A DNA stretch of 64,000 nt from Eledone cirrhosa (GCA_964016885.1 OZ024740.1:301754001-301818000); one strand, 5' to 3'. Positions 1 through 13,551 are shown, numbered from the stretch's first letter. A program made the numbers and translations. Notes: generated from the sequence alone by a model not told the origin.

Positions 1-388
1 AATTTCGACAAGATTTCGCAAACTTTTTTCCTTTAGCTGAGCGAAACAATCCTTGGTATCAACTAAACGATATTGATAACAATCTCAACTGTAACTTCGA
101 TAACTATGTTTCCATATTTCATTCATAATTACTGTTGTGTTCGTAGTTTCATTCCCATAGTAACTTTAACTTTCTTCGTTTAAATTAATTTGTCCGGAGA
201 TAAAAGCAAAATATAAGTGAGAGATGTAATCAACCCCTACTCAAAGGAAACTGCAATGAAAAAGACATTTATAACCTGACCAGTCAACACGTATTATTTC
301 AGTACCACTGGATGCATACATTTATTACTGTGTTTCTCATTCGTAATATATATGTGCGCGTGGGGGTATGTGTATGTATGTATGTATG

Positions 389-476
<88 letters not shown>

Positions 477-488
477 CATATATATATG

Positions 489-568
<80 letters not shown>

Positions 569-810
569 TATATGTGTCATGTGAATACGTGCTTGCATGT
601 ATGCGTAACACTGGCAGTAGGATTTGGTGATAGAAGATGAAAGATAAGCATCTGTAATGGAGCTGGGTTAGATTCTTATTTCTTAATAATATCTGGTGGA
701 TGCAAGAGAAGTAATTCTCTCCCTTCTTTAATGCTATATGAATATACTTCTATACTTTCATTTAATGAAATTTCTCATTCGTACTATTCAACACCTTGAT
801 TAACAGTCAA

Positions 811-856
811 TAAAACGCCGATGAGTATAGCTGATACGAGATATTAAAACATTTTG
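811..856 (+). ncRNA. Degenerate type I hammerhead ribozyme motif
   Basis: taaaacg-CCGATGA-gtat/agctg/atac-GAGA-tattaaaa-cattttg. Stems I and II are present, but the core and the cleavage triplet are mutated. Confidence 0.35.
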
Positions 857-2914
857 CTTTCAATGTATAAGTTTTATGAAAGTGTCTGCATTTTCTTTTA
901 AACAGAGTCGTCCATTCTGTACTAGATAATCAACGCTTCTGTAGCTTTTATTTTCTGACTTTTGATTTCTGCTGCTTCATCGCCTTCATCAAATCACTGT
1001 CTGCTCTTTCCTACTTTGTTTCTATCTCTCGCTCTCTCGCTCTCTCAATCCACATAACTATCTCTCTCTCTTTTTCTCTCTAGCTATTGGTAATAAAATT
1101 TACTGAATTGAATTATTTTTCCCTGTATCGTATTCTGTTTATGTATGTATAACCGCTTCTATAAGTTTCCACTCTGATGCGTAGGTCATACGACGTAATA
1201 CTAGAGAAGGTTATAAACACACTCACGAGAAAAATGTAAAATGCACCGAAACCAAATCAGTGAACAGTCTATTGACATACATTTATTTTCCACACACACA
1301 CACACACGTATATATATATATATATATATACGGTATATATTTATATATATGTGTGTGTGTGTGTGTGTGTATGTATATATATATATATATACTACATAAA
1401 CTATATGTGCCAGTGTCTGCGCTATCGGTTTTATTTGTATTTATGTGTTCATGTGGTCATGGTTTTGTCAGTGAATTTTAATGTTTGTGTCATCATATCG
1501 CGTATATGGGCATGGGGGCATATATACGTATTTGTGTATGCACCTCTGTTTTTCTTTATGTTTGCAATGGTTGTATATTACGAAATCGTTTAAGAAACTT
1601 CCTGCTAGATTGCAACATCATATGAATATTCCATTCAGACTTGTATCAATTGATTTCAAACTATTGCATTCAATTGTTCAGAGGTTATCTAATAATCGTC
1701 TGCAGATTCTTAGGAGAATTTCAATTTCCTCTTCTATCTGTATCAGATATGTATCCCATGCGTATTCTGATAATATAATCTTCAACTCTCAGAGATATTA
1801 GTACAGTATTAATTATCATACGAAGTTCGAAATATTTTCTTAGATAATTTCTTTAGATAAGTTTCAAATGTTTCAATATATGACGCAAATACGTTCCCAA
1901 AACAGGGATCATGGCATATCAATTCTCGGCCCTAGAAATACTCATTAGAAAACGATTAGATTTACACAACCTTTTTTCTCATTTGATATGTTGAGACTTA
2001 GTACTGTAATCTATACAAAAATCATTGGATGTAACAGAATAAAGTACAAACCATTCAGCGATAATGATCTGTTATTCAACGGGTATATATTGCCATTATA
2101 TTATACAATATGACACTGGTAATATTCGTAGTCTAGAATACAAAAAATATTAACTTCCATGTTATTCTACATGCGAGCTTGTGGATATATAAATACTCGC
2201 CTGAATACGATTTCGACTCTGCGTAGTACAAGGTTTTGTGCATTTTCAAATGATTTACACAGTTCAGAACGACTGATATCAGATATTATGCAGACTTCGT
2301 TACTAAGTAATACTTTTAAAACTTTCGTCGCTTGATTATCTTCTAAAGGACAGTGTCGAATATGTTCGTCGTTTGATGTGAGCGACTTCCTGTACGCAGA
2401 TTTTTTTTGCGGATACCATTAGAAACTTTAATAAATATTTGATTTCAGATAGATTTATTAACATCGTACAGGACATTTATCAATAATAATATTTCATGAT
2501 CTTATACTAATTATGACGTTCTATATGTCCATTCTACAGAATAAAAAAGAGGAAAATTGTATGGAAGCAGACACATGAGAAGAATATCAAATATTATGTG
2601 ATCATTTACGAAAATCCAGTTTTCAAAAATCCAGTATATCTTAAACATATCACATATAACCTGTGTTTGAAGTAAAAATAATGTTTTATAGTAAGGAGAA
2701 ATTTAATGTATTTGAAAAGGTACCAAAGAAGAACAAAGAAGAGATTGTCGAAATTTCATTGACGGTTCCTCCTTATCACAAGTATTTGGAACTGTTATAC
2801 GTTTAGGACCACCACTCGTTTATATATATATAATTGGTGTTGGATTTGTAAGTGTCCGTTTGCGGTAGGCCGTTTGAGCACTCGATGCTCTCATAGAGCA
2901 GAGTATGGATATCA

Positions 2915-3070
2915 CTTCCAAGCTGTTTCTGTGTACTCAATTTCACTTCATAGCTACACCAAGACGTAGAGTGCGCGAAGCGAACATCCTAAACGTGTGA
3001 CTATGATGTGTCTTTACGCACATATATGTGTGTACCAGTATTCATGTATATAAAGGGGTCTCGACTTCAT
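2915..3070 (+). repeat. ~155 bp inverted repeat arm (partner at 10117-10277)
   Basis: acttccaagctgtttctgtgtac...ggggtctcgactt is the reverse complement of aagtcgagacccc...acagaaacagcttggaagt. Confidence 0.9.
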
Positions 3071-3099
3071 ATATATATATATATATATGTGTGTGTGAA

Positions 3100-3423
3100 T
3101 GAAGTAATTCCATCGGAAAAGTCCAGGAAAAAAGAGTGCTCTATGTATGCAACAGAGCTTAATTATTATTATTATGTAATAAACAACATAAGGCAATTAT
3201 TCCATTTACCAGTGGTTTCGTAAAAGCAAAAGGTTTTGCTTTCAATCCTCAGAACGGGAAAAACTGGTTTGTTTATTTAATTTGGATTACAAACCCAAAA
3301 ATACAATCTATATGAAAGTGAGGCTGGAGAAGGGAGAAGGAAAGGAAAAATAAAATAAAATAAAACGACGCATGCAAACACACACACAAAAAAACCCAAA
3401 AGCATACTTACACACACATACAC

Positions 3424-3467
<44 letters not shown>

Positions 3468-3568
3468 ACGCATACACACATACACATACACACATATATA
3501 TAAAAAACGTACACTTACCTACACAAGCACATATATACACACATATACACATACATACATTAATACAT

Positions 3569-3599
<31 letters not shown>

Positions 3600-3637
3600 C
3601 ACACACGCACATGTCCACACACATATATATATATATA

Positions 3638-3693
<56 letters not shown>

Positions 3694-3900
3694 TATACAT
3701 ATACACACATACACATACACACACATACACATGTGTGTGTACAAGCATACACATACACAAACATAGCCATACACACACACATATATATACACACATACAT
3801 ACATTCACACAAACATACAAAACGTACATACATACACATACATGAATGCACTCCTCTACATATTCGCACACGCAAATAAAAATAAGAAAAATAAATATAT
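3100..3900 (-). mobile_element. PLE pseudo-LTR arm with HHR; inverted partner at ~7410-8118
   Basis: About 720 bp are near-identical in reverse complement to 7410-8118. The arm contains an HHR and a tail also found at 8808-8935 and 44500-44603. Confidence 0.85.
3200..3260 (-). ncRNA. Type I minimal hammerhead ribozyme
   Basis: Reverse complement: ttcccgtt-CTGAGGA-ttgaaagcaaaa/cc/ttttgcttttac-GAAA-ccactgg-TA-aatggaa. Confidence 0.8.
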
Positions 3901-4051
3901 ATATATATATATATATATATGGAAAGTTATATTTAAAATTGTTGAGTTACAACTAGTAAATATTTATAACTGATATAAAAGCACTCGACAAATATTTGGA
4001 GTATATTTACAATATTAAATAAATGGAAAACTATATTTATAAAACCATATT

Positions 4052-4117
4052 TATTTCATTATATATATTTCGGGGATATCATATTAACAATATGCTATGC
4101 CTTCATCAGACAAAATA
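4052..4117 (-). ncRNA. Type I minimal hammerhead ribozyme
   Basis: Mirror copy of 4257-4322. Confidence 0.85.
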
Positions 4118-4256
4118 CAATATAAACAGTTTTATAGATAAATAGATTCGACATACCGTTATAACACCGACTTCACTGCCAGCGTAAACCTCTTCAAATG
4201 AAGTCGGTGTTATAACGGTATGTCGAATCTATTTATCTATAAAACTGTTTATATTG

Positions 4257-4322
4257 TATTTTGTCTGATGAAGGCATAGCATATTGTTAATATGATATCC
4301 CCGAAATATATATAATGAAATA
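4257..4322 (+). ncRNA. Type I minimal hammerhead ribozyme
   Basis: tattttgt-CTGATGA-[aggcatagcatatt..aatatgatatcccc]-GAAA-tatata-TA-atgaaata. Stem I is 8 bp and stem III is palindromic. Confidence 0.88.
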
Positions 4323-4615
4323 AATATGGTTTTATAAATATAGTTTTCCATTTATTTAATATTGTATATATATATATATTTTTTTTTTTTTATTTTTGAC
4401 AGCGATACATGACCCAGCTAACAGGACAGACACGCGTAGTAAGTAATACACACAAAAAAAGCACGCACACATACGTACGAAACAGTAAACACATACACAC
4501 ACTCTCACACATAAATATACATAAACAAACACAAAAACACATACATACACAAACACGCACACGTATACATATTAAACACACACACATATGTATATGTAAT
4601 TATATACACACACAC

Positions 4616-4692
<77 letters not shown>

Positions 4693-4706
4693 TACACATA
4701 CACACA

Positions 4707-4742
<36 letters not shown>

Positions 4743-4990
4743 CACAAAATATATAAACGCACACACACACACACACACACAGACACGCATATACGTAAAC
4801 ACACATATACATACATAGCTAAACAATTATACACATGCAAATACGTATATATCAAAAACACGCACAACCAAAAACAAATACACACACACATACACACACA
4901 CACACACACACACAACCACACACACACATATAACCATAAAAAAATAATAAAATAATAAACACACACACACATATACATACATACATACAT

Positions 4991-5023
<33 letters not shown>

Positions 5024-5193
5024 TACATACATACACACACATATACACACATACGTACATATACACATGTGCATACACATACACACACACATATACATGT
5101 GTGTATGTGTAAAACTCAGTATTAGCAAAGACAAATGAACCTTACATAAACGTATATATAGTAGTAAGGTAATAAAGCAACATAAGGCAATTA

Positions 5194-5255
5194 TTCCATT
5201 CACCAGAGGTTTCTTAAAAGCAAAAAATGTTTCCTTCAGTCTTCAGAATGAAAAA
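5194..5255 (-). ncRNA. Degenerate hammerhead ribozyme (same family as 3200/8027)
   Basis: Reverse complement: tttcatt-CTGAAGA-ctgaaggaaa..ttgcttttaa-GAAA-cctctgg-TG-aatggaa. The GUG triplet is probably inactive. Confidence 0.65.
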
Positions 5256-5343
5256 AAAAAAAAAAAAAAGTGAAAAAAACCTGGTTTATCCACATATACA
5301 AACATATACATACACAAATATACATATATATACACATACACAA

Positions 5344-5404
<61 letters not shown>

Positions 5405-5431
5405 TACATACACACCCATATATACATACAC

Positions 5432-5480
<49 letters not shown>

Positions 5481-5516
5481 TATACACACAAAAATACATA
5501 CACATACACATAGGTT

Positions 5517-6260
5517 GTGTTTAGAGATAATTCCACATCCTCCAATATTTCCAACATCATCTCTAAACACAACAATAAAATACTAAATACTAAATATCTT
5601 CCTTCCAACATTGAATTTCATAATAACAGTAATAGTACTCCCGACGTCATTGTAAACCCTAGGCTAACTTCTGTAAACCCAAATACAACGTCAAACACAA
5701 CTTCGCTAAATGTTCATAATCCAACTCTAAATCAAGAAACTATTATTCCTATTATTCCTATCGCAAACAACTTCTCCAATCCAATTCCTTCTATAGATAA
5801 CACTAGGTCACTCATTAATAATCTCTCTAATTGCAACTGCCGCATTAAAAATAAATGTCCTCTCAACAACCAATGTCTCGATAAAAACTTAATTTATGAA
5901 TGTAAAATTATAACTAGCACCAATTCCTTCACCTATTTTGGCTCCACTTCCACCTCTTTTAAAGCTCGTCTCTATAATCATCATTCATCTTTCAAATACA
6001 AACTTAAAAGAACCAACACTGCTCTCTCAGAACTCATATGGTCCTTAAAAGACAAAAACATTAAATATACCATCTTTTGGAAGAAGGTTTCTTCTGCATC
6101 CTCATACTTGAACAGCTCTCTATCTAAAATCTGTAATCTCTGCCTAAATGAAAAATGTACCATTATCTCTAACCTAGATTCTATAATAAATAGACGTACA
6201 GATTTGTTTTCTATCTGCCTGCATAAATTCCATAGAACTGTTCACAAAGTATACAGTTAA
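5517..6260 (+). pseudogene. 5'-truncated Penelope-like element ORF, GIY-YIG endonuclease (Naiad-like)
   Basis: CNCRIKNKCPLNNQC, LIYECKI...YFGSTSTSFKARLYNH, TALSELIWSLK, CNLCLNEK, C-x-H terminus. Confidence 0.9.
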
Positions 6261-6774
6261 TATTCAATTCTTTATCAATTTAGAATCTTTTCTCAAAGGC
6301 ACATATACATACACCTCTTTAAAATATACCCATCTTCCTACCATACTTTAAAGGGCATAATACACTCTATAATACTTGTTTACTCATTACCCTCATTCTA
6401 TCTTCACCTTGTAAAATCCTTCATAACATATACATCTGTTTTTTGACGTTAGAATATTCTTACGCAATCATTATTTTTTTCTCTCTATCATAAATCTTTT
6501 TAATCTCAATTTCATCCTTAATTTATTATTTTTTTCTCCCCATCAACGAACTCATTCTTAATACATATTAACTCTTTATTCGCATATCAATTCCTCCAAT
6601 ATACAAACTTTAACTTCACATTATTTTTCTCAAATCCTTCTACACACAAACCTTAATAATTTTTCGCTTCGTTAATTTTGAAATTGCCACAATACTTATC
6701 AACATACCCTTTTTTGACGTTAGAATATTCATCCACAATTATTATTTCTTCTCTCTATCTTCATACATAAATTC

Positions 6775-7190
6775 TCTTCGTTAATTTTCAAATTCCTTTA
6801 ATTTATACATTATCTTCCAACGGTTCTCAACCTCTCTATGTAAAACAATATATCTTTCTCTCAGTTATAAAAACTATCTCTTTCTCTCTATCACCCATCT
6901 CTCCCTCTTCACCTTCACTCTCATCTCCTCCCCCTTTTTTTCATCCTTTCCACCCCTCCCCTCCCTAAATAAAATACTTTTTCCTCGCACATATCCTCCT
7001 TTCGTTAATTTTCAAATTTTTTTAATTCATACATTATCTTCCAACGGTTTTCAACCTCTCTATGTAAAACAATATATCTCCTCTCAGTTATAAAAACTAT
7101 CTCTTTCTCTCTATCACCCATCTCTCCCTCTCATCTCCTCCCCTTTTACATCCTTTCCACCCCCCCCCTCTCTAAATAAAATATTTTTCC
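6775..7190 (+). repeat. ~220 bp tandem duplication in PLE 3' UTR
   Basis: ttcgttaattttcaaatt...ctaaataaaata occurs at ~6778-6978 and at ~7001-7185. Confidence 0.85.
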
Positions 7191-7283
7191 CAATATCACA
7201 CATCAATCTAAAACCACTTTTCATATGTTGATTTAAAACTGCACTATCCACAAGTGTTTTTTAGCCTTCATATCATGTTCTCC

Positions 7284-7354
7284 TGTTTTATCTGACGAAA
7301 ACACAAATATTATTGCATGATGATGTTTGTTTTTGAAATGCGCATAATAAAATA
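7284..7354 (+). ncRNA. Type I minimal hammerhead ribozyme at the PLE 3' end
   Basis: tgttttat-CTGACGA-[aaacacaaatatt..gatgtttgttttt]-GAAA-tgcgca-TA-ataaaata. Stem I is 8 bp and stem III is the palindrome ATGCGCAT. Confidence 0.9.
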
Positions 7355-7384
7355 CATGGAACTCCTTTAACCATCTTTTGATCT

Positions 7385-7409
<25 letters not shown>

Positions 7410-7424
<15 letters not shown>

Positions 7425-7618
7425 TCTTATTTTTATTTGCGTGTGCGAATATGTAGAGGAGTGCATTCATGTATGTGTATGTATGTACGTTTTGTATGTT
7501 TGTGTGAATGTATGTATGTGTGTATATATATGTGTGTGTGTATGGCTATGTTTGTGTATGTGTATGCTTGTACACACACATGTGTATGTGTGTGTATGTG
7601 TATGTGTGTATATGTATA

Positions 7619-7652
<34 letters not shown>

Positions 7653-7824
7653 TACACATATATATATATATACATGTGTGTGGACATGTGCGTGTGTGTG
7701 TGTGCGTGTGTGTGTGTGTGTGTGTGTATTAATGTATGTATGTGTATATGTGTGTATATATGTGCTTGTGTAGGTAAGTGTACGTTTTTTATATATATGT
7801 GTGTATGTGTATGTGTGTATGCGT

Positions 7825-7862
<38 letters not shown>

Positions 7863-8118
7863 GTGTATGTGTGTGTAATTATGCTTTTGGGTTTTTTTGT
7901 GTGTGCGTTTGCATGCGTCGTTTTATTTTATTTTATTTTTCCTTTCCTTCTCCCTTCTCCAGCCTCACTTTCATATAGATTGTATTTTTTGGTTTGTAAT
8001 CCAAATTCAATAAACAAACCAGCTTTTTCCCGTTCTGAGGATTGAAAGCAAAACCTTTTGCTTTTAAGAAACCACTGGTAAATGGAATAATTGCCTTATG
8101 TTGTTTATTACATAATAA
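7410..8118 (+). mobile_element. PLE pseudo-LTR arm (inverted partner of 3175-3900)
   Basis: Reverse-complement identity to 3175-3900; the arm ends in (TA)n. Confidence 0.85.
8027..8087 (+). ncRNA. Type I minimal hammerhead ribozyme
   Basis: ttcccgtt-CTGAGGA-ttgaaagcaaaa/cc/ttttgcttttaa-GAAA-ccactgg-TA-aatggaa. Confidence 0.85.
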
Positions 8119-8120
8119 TA

Positions 8121-8242
<122 letters not shown>

Positions 8243-8253
8243 ATATATATGTA

Positions 8254-8385
8254 TTAAGAAAACGACGAAATTGTACAAACGTCTTCGCTATTGCGGCAGG
8301 TGTTGAGCGTACTTGTTATTCGATATACCGTAATGTTTGTTTCTCATTTCTCCTTCCAATAAAATGATTGAATACATACACACAC
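8254..8385 (-). repeat. Inverted repeat arm (partner at 9845-9973)
   Basis: ttaagaaaacgacgaaattgtac...atgattgaata is the reverse complement of tattcaatcat...tcgtcgttttcttaa. Confidence 0.9.
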
Positions 8386-8391
8386 ACACAG

Positions 8392-8483
<92 letters not shown>

Positions 8484-8500
8484 ATATATATATGTATATA

Positions 8501-8538
<38 letters not shown>

Positions 8539-8544
<6 letters not shown>

Positions 8545-8716
8545 ATCTGTATTATTTTTGACCGACGGTCAGTCAATGGCAACATTGAGGACCGAGTAAG
8601 TTAGATCGCAGATATATATATATAAAAGACAGCGAGAAGCGAAAACCAACCAAACAGTGAGTGTGTTCTGTTATTAATTCTGGCAATATTACGCAAATAT
8701 GACCCTCCCCAAATAT

Positions 8717-8724
<8 letters not shown>
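8539..8724 (+). mobile_element. pLTR 3' fragment ('CCTCCCCAAATATAACAAT' family)
   Basis: Near-identical to 41385-41570 and to the reverse complement of 16219-16386. Confidence 0.8.
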
Positions 8725-8807
<83 letters not shown>

Positions 8808-8810
<3 letters not shown>

Positions 8811-9032
8811 GAAGTAATTCCGTCAGAAAAGTCCAGGAAAAAAGAGTGCTCTATGTAGGTATCAGGGCTTAATAGTTATGTAATAAACAACATAAGGCAA
8901 TTATTTCAATCACCAGTGGTTTCTTAAAAGCAAAGAAAAAATATTTTCAGTATTGAAAGCAACATTTCTTTTGTTTTTTGCTTTTAAGAAACCACTGGTA
9001 AATGAAATAATTGCCTTATGTTGTTTATTATA
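8808..9032. mobile_element. Short fold-back of the 3200/8027 pLTR family carrying HHR 3' halves only
   Basis: Arms 8881-8934 and 8977-9030 are inverted. GAAA-ccactgg-TA is present but CTGANGA is missing. Confidence 0.8.
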
Positions 9033-9040
9033 TAACTAAA

Positions 9041-9111
<71 letters not shown>

Positions 9112-9144
9112 GTACATATATATATATATATTTATATATATATA

Positions 9145-9221
<77 letters not shown>

Positions 9222-9226
<5 letters not shown>

Positions 9227-9459
9227 AGGAAAAAAGAGAATCAATTTTCCGACGAATGGAATTTATAGGACATATTATAATCGTTTCTCTGGCGACCAGA
9301 GATTCGTAGAATCAAGACGTATCTGAGGACATTGCAATTTTCAGAGTCAGATTCGATCATCACATCGATCGTGCCTCGAGCTGGTGGCCAGAGAAATGAT
9401 TATAATATGTCCAATAAATTCCATTCGTCGCAACATTGATTCTCTTTTTTCCTGTTATA
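9222..9459. mobile_element. Fold-back element in (TA)n with HHR
   Basis: Arms 9222-9299 and 9381-9459 are inverted. Confidence 0.85.
9316..9411 (+). ncRNA. Type I hammerhead ribozyme with long stem II region
   Basis: gacgtat-CTGAGGA-[63 nt]-GAAA-tgatta-TA-atatgtc. Stem I is 7 bp; the base of stem II is degenerate. Confidence 0.7.
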
Positions 9460-9637
9460 TATATATATATAGTAATAATAATACATTTGAAGACTAAAAT
9501 ACAAAGAGGGCTCGATAGGGATAAATATATATCAAATATATAAGAACCGTAGAGCAAAAATTTATTAAAATAACAGATTAAAGTTAAGGGTGAGAGCACC
9601 GATTCTTTGCTTAAACTTTAATCTGTTATTTTAATAA

Positions 9638-9973
<336 letters not shown>

Positions 9974-9998
9974 ATATATATATATTATATATATATGT

Positions 9999-10277
<279 letters not shown>

Positions 10278-12405
10278 CCGCTGCTGGAATATATTTATAG
10301 ACTAGACCGACCAGTCACCTAACATATTTTTGCCACATTGAATCAGCTCTACGATTACACTGATGAGACAGCTATCTTTCGAATTCACATTAATTTCATT
10401 AATGTACACATTAATTTCATGAGCTCATCATTTGGTCGATCGAACAACTGAGACAGCCATCTTTCCAATCTGACGAATCGACTGCAATTATACATTTTCA
10501 CAAACGTGGTTTAGAAGATATATTATGCAATTTAATATACAAGGTTTCTGTATGTGTGCATGTATGTTCTTTGCGAATGGGCCAAGGCGACACCTATTAC
10601 TTCAAATTTAGCGAATATATAAATCTTTCTGTAAAATATTTCTTATTTGTAACTAAGTAATCTGGAGTGAAGTGTTATTCTTGTTCAAACAGATTTTGAG
10701 ATATCCCAAATCCAACAATTATAAAGCGTGTTTATTTCAAGTAAAATACAAACTAGTTTAAAAATCAGTGGAAAATATGTGAAATAGTTAAAGGGTTTAA
10801 TGCATAATATATAAGATAAAATATCTTAATGGCAATTAATAATATAACCAAACCGACAGTTTTAGTCTGATTATTCAAGCAGTCTGCTCGAAGGTATCTG
10901 GAATTATATAATAAAACAATACAAGAAAGATATATTTTTCGCAAAGATTTCAGACAAAATATCAGTTGTCTCATTTAGAAGTATCTTCTACAGAGTATCA
11001 GCTAATTATTGAGCAGTAACTAATTAAAATCCCGATCTAATTGAACATCATAGTCATTAAGAATATCCAATTATGATGACCAAGATTTTCCCGATATCTT
11101 TATTGCAAATAAAAACATTATATAAAACAAATTGTTTAAAATGAAATCGAAGAAAAAATGGTTTTATTTAATTACATTTGATATTTTATTTCCTTTTCGT
11201 GTTCGATTTGCCATTTTTTATCTCGTATCATATCTGTTCTAAAATGTTTATTGATTATATTGGAACTGATCGAAACTAATTTCTAATCCTTCGAAGAGTG
11301 TTTCGCAAAACAGAGTTGAGAACTGTTTCCACTGAATGTTCCATTGATTAAACATTTTCCTGTGATCTTCCTATAATATACCAATATTAGGAAAATTATA
11401 TCTCTAAAAATTGAATTAAAAATCTAGACGAATACCAACAACACACATAACAAGAAAATCAACTTCATTTAATCCATCCACGCTCGAAGTATCTTGAGAA
11501 ATATTACAATAAAATTTCACATAAAGCTCCTTTATCCGAACAAATTTCTTTTTTTTTTAGATTTGTTTTAAATTTTTCTATAAACATTTGTTTATTTTCT
11601 TTAAGTTGGAATTATGATCATTTGATGTCATTACGATAACTGCTAAGGTAATGTTAATCGTTATTGGCTTCCTAATTATGTCATTTTATAGGTGCTTATT
11701 TTCGTGAATCTGACGTTGACCGTTCTATGTCACGGAATAAGGTACATTATGGACCTTACTGAAGCTATCCTCTATTTGACTGCTGGGGTATAACTGACTA
11801 CTGGCTTAATAGCCTTGTATATATAACATTATCTCTATAGAGACGGGTGGAGACATATTTGGATTGGACATCTGGAATCTGAAATTATATTTGAGCAATG
11901 AAAGCAGTTCTAATATACAAAAATTTGATTCCTAATTCAAGGAAGTAAGTAGTTAGCTGTGATGGAATCCAGGTATTTAAATCTGACGATATTACCATTT
12001 GAAAATACTACTCATGCTATTTTTGATCTAGAGACAAGTTCTCCTATACCGTAGTATGATCATTTTTCATACACCGCTTTAAATAATACCATAAGGCTCG
12101 TAATTCTGGCTTATATTTTCTACTGTAATTGGGGAAAATAATTTCCATTGAATCCATATTGTAAATTCAATATTTAAAGTTATGCTATAATGCTCAATAT
12201 AAATTTCTATAAAATTTCTTAAATCCATCAATTAACGAAATATGACGTTTTTTATGTAAAACTATTATGTCTTAGTTTTTTTTTATTTCATGCCTCCACT
12301 GATCATGTTTTGAGAATCATTGGGCTATATGCAAATATGCTGATAATATTGCCAATTGCTAATTGCCCTATTCATTAATTTTTCTCTTAAACACAAATGA
12401 TATGC

Positions 12406-12469
12406 ATTTTATCTCATGAAAGCGCACCATAGTTTGCCTTGGTGGCCCTTGAAATATGTATAATGAAAT
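12406..12469 (+). ncRNA. Hammerhead motif, G5C mutated copy
   Basis: attttat-CTCATGA-aagcgcacca..tggtggccctt-GAAA-tatgta-TA-atgaaat; inverted homolog of 13590-13655. Confidence 0.7.
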
Positions 12470-12514
12470 AAATATGGTTTTATAAATTTAGTTTCCATTT
12501 GTTAATATATTACG

Positions 12515-13010
12515 TTACTCTTGATTTGGCCAGAGGTACTTATTTCCAGGTACCTTATAAATATGACGTTCTGTATTTGTTACTGTTGTGAGATATGGAG
12601 GTTTTTTGGTTGTCACTTCTCTGCTTTTAGCCTAGGAAAATATATATATATGCGTGTGTAAATAATTACATGCATACATTTATTTTTTAAAATTAATTGA
12701 GTTCTTAACACGTGGAATAGATAATAGTTTTAAATAACTAATTAACCCGCGTGTATTAAATATTTTACTCTTAATTTGGCCGGAGATTTACATTCCCAAT
12801 TGCCTTTAAAGCGTAACCTTCAGTATTTGCTGCGGTGATGTGATGTGGTTTGATATTTTGGTACCACCTGTTTTTAGCCTAAGAAAATATCTATATGAGT
12901 GTGTAATTAATACACGCATACATTTATTTTTTTTTATTTCAATTGAGTTCTTAACACGTTGGATTGATAATGTCTTTGAAAAAAACTAATTAAAACGATT
13001 GTATATTATT
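12515..13010 (+). repeat. Diverged ~250 bp tandem duplication
   Basis: ttactctt(g/a)atttggcc...ttttagccta...aattgagttcttaacacgt occurs twice (starts at ~12515 and ~12765). Confidence 0.8.
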
Positions 13011-13191
13011 TTTTTCTTTTCTCGTGTCGTGGTTGTCTCCCTTTCCCGCTTCGTGACGCCATGAAACTTCCTCAGTCAAAAGACTGCTGGCATTTCAAAT
13101 TTGGCGGTCATTCGATGCGTGAAGAAGCAGCTTAGCGGAAACGATTTTTAACTGCGGTAAGAAATGTTTTCCTATTTCAAATTTTAATGGG

Positions 13192-13318
13192 TTTCCACTG
13201 AAGATTTATAAGTCCTCACCTAAATATATTCTTACATGAATATATATGAGGCTTCTACATAAACTGGAAACATTCTCCCAACTTGTAGAAAACTTATAAT
13301 GAAACAATTGTTTGGAAA
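13192..13318 (+). ncRNA. Type I hammerhead ribozyme with multibranched stem II
   Basis: tttcca-CTGAAGA-[tttataagt...acttataat]-GAAA-caattg-TT-tggaaa, with internal hairpins cctca/tgagg and ttctaca/tgtagaa. Confidence 0.85.
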
Positions 13319-13497
13319 GAGAGATATATTTTAACTTTAATTATATCTCATAAAATAATACAACTGGCTTTCCACAAAATACATATAGTTAGCACCCCAA
13401 ACACTTAAATTGTGTTATACTAACATATAACCTAATGTTTGTTGAGTGAGATGGTTACCAGTCGGAGTTTAGCGTTAAGCTATCTCTGTTATTGTAT

Positions 13498-13545
<48 letters not shown>

Positions 13546-13551
<6 letters not shown>

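Larger units (their letters stand above)
3920..4366. mobile_element. ORF-less fold-back PLE pLTR derivative in (TA)n
   Basis: Arms 4008-4175 and 4199-4366 are reverse complements with a 23-nt spacer. The left arm has an extra tail (3920-4007) homologous to 13800-13900. Confidence 0.9.

Noticed and set aside
294-640. [12 protein letters not shown] ORFs here and throughout (e.g. 34013-34702, 41545-42384, 56278-57270)
   Set aside because: They are translations of (TA)n/(CA)n microsatellites that happen to lack stop codons.
1168-1212. CTGATGC-gtaggtcatac-GACG HHR-like string
   Set aside because: There are too many core mismatches and stem I is weak. It may be a relic but cannot be supported.
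5517-6260. Stand-alone endonuclease genes or a dedicated EN-only element
   Set aside because: The 5' ends differ among copies and some include RT thumb remnants, which fits ordinary 5' truncation.
10356-10400. CTGATGA-gacag/ctttc-GAAT
   Set aside because: There is no GAAA, and no convincing stem III or stem I.
11983-12015. CTGACGA...GAAA match
   Set aside because: Stems I and II do not pair, so this is a chance match.
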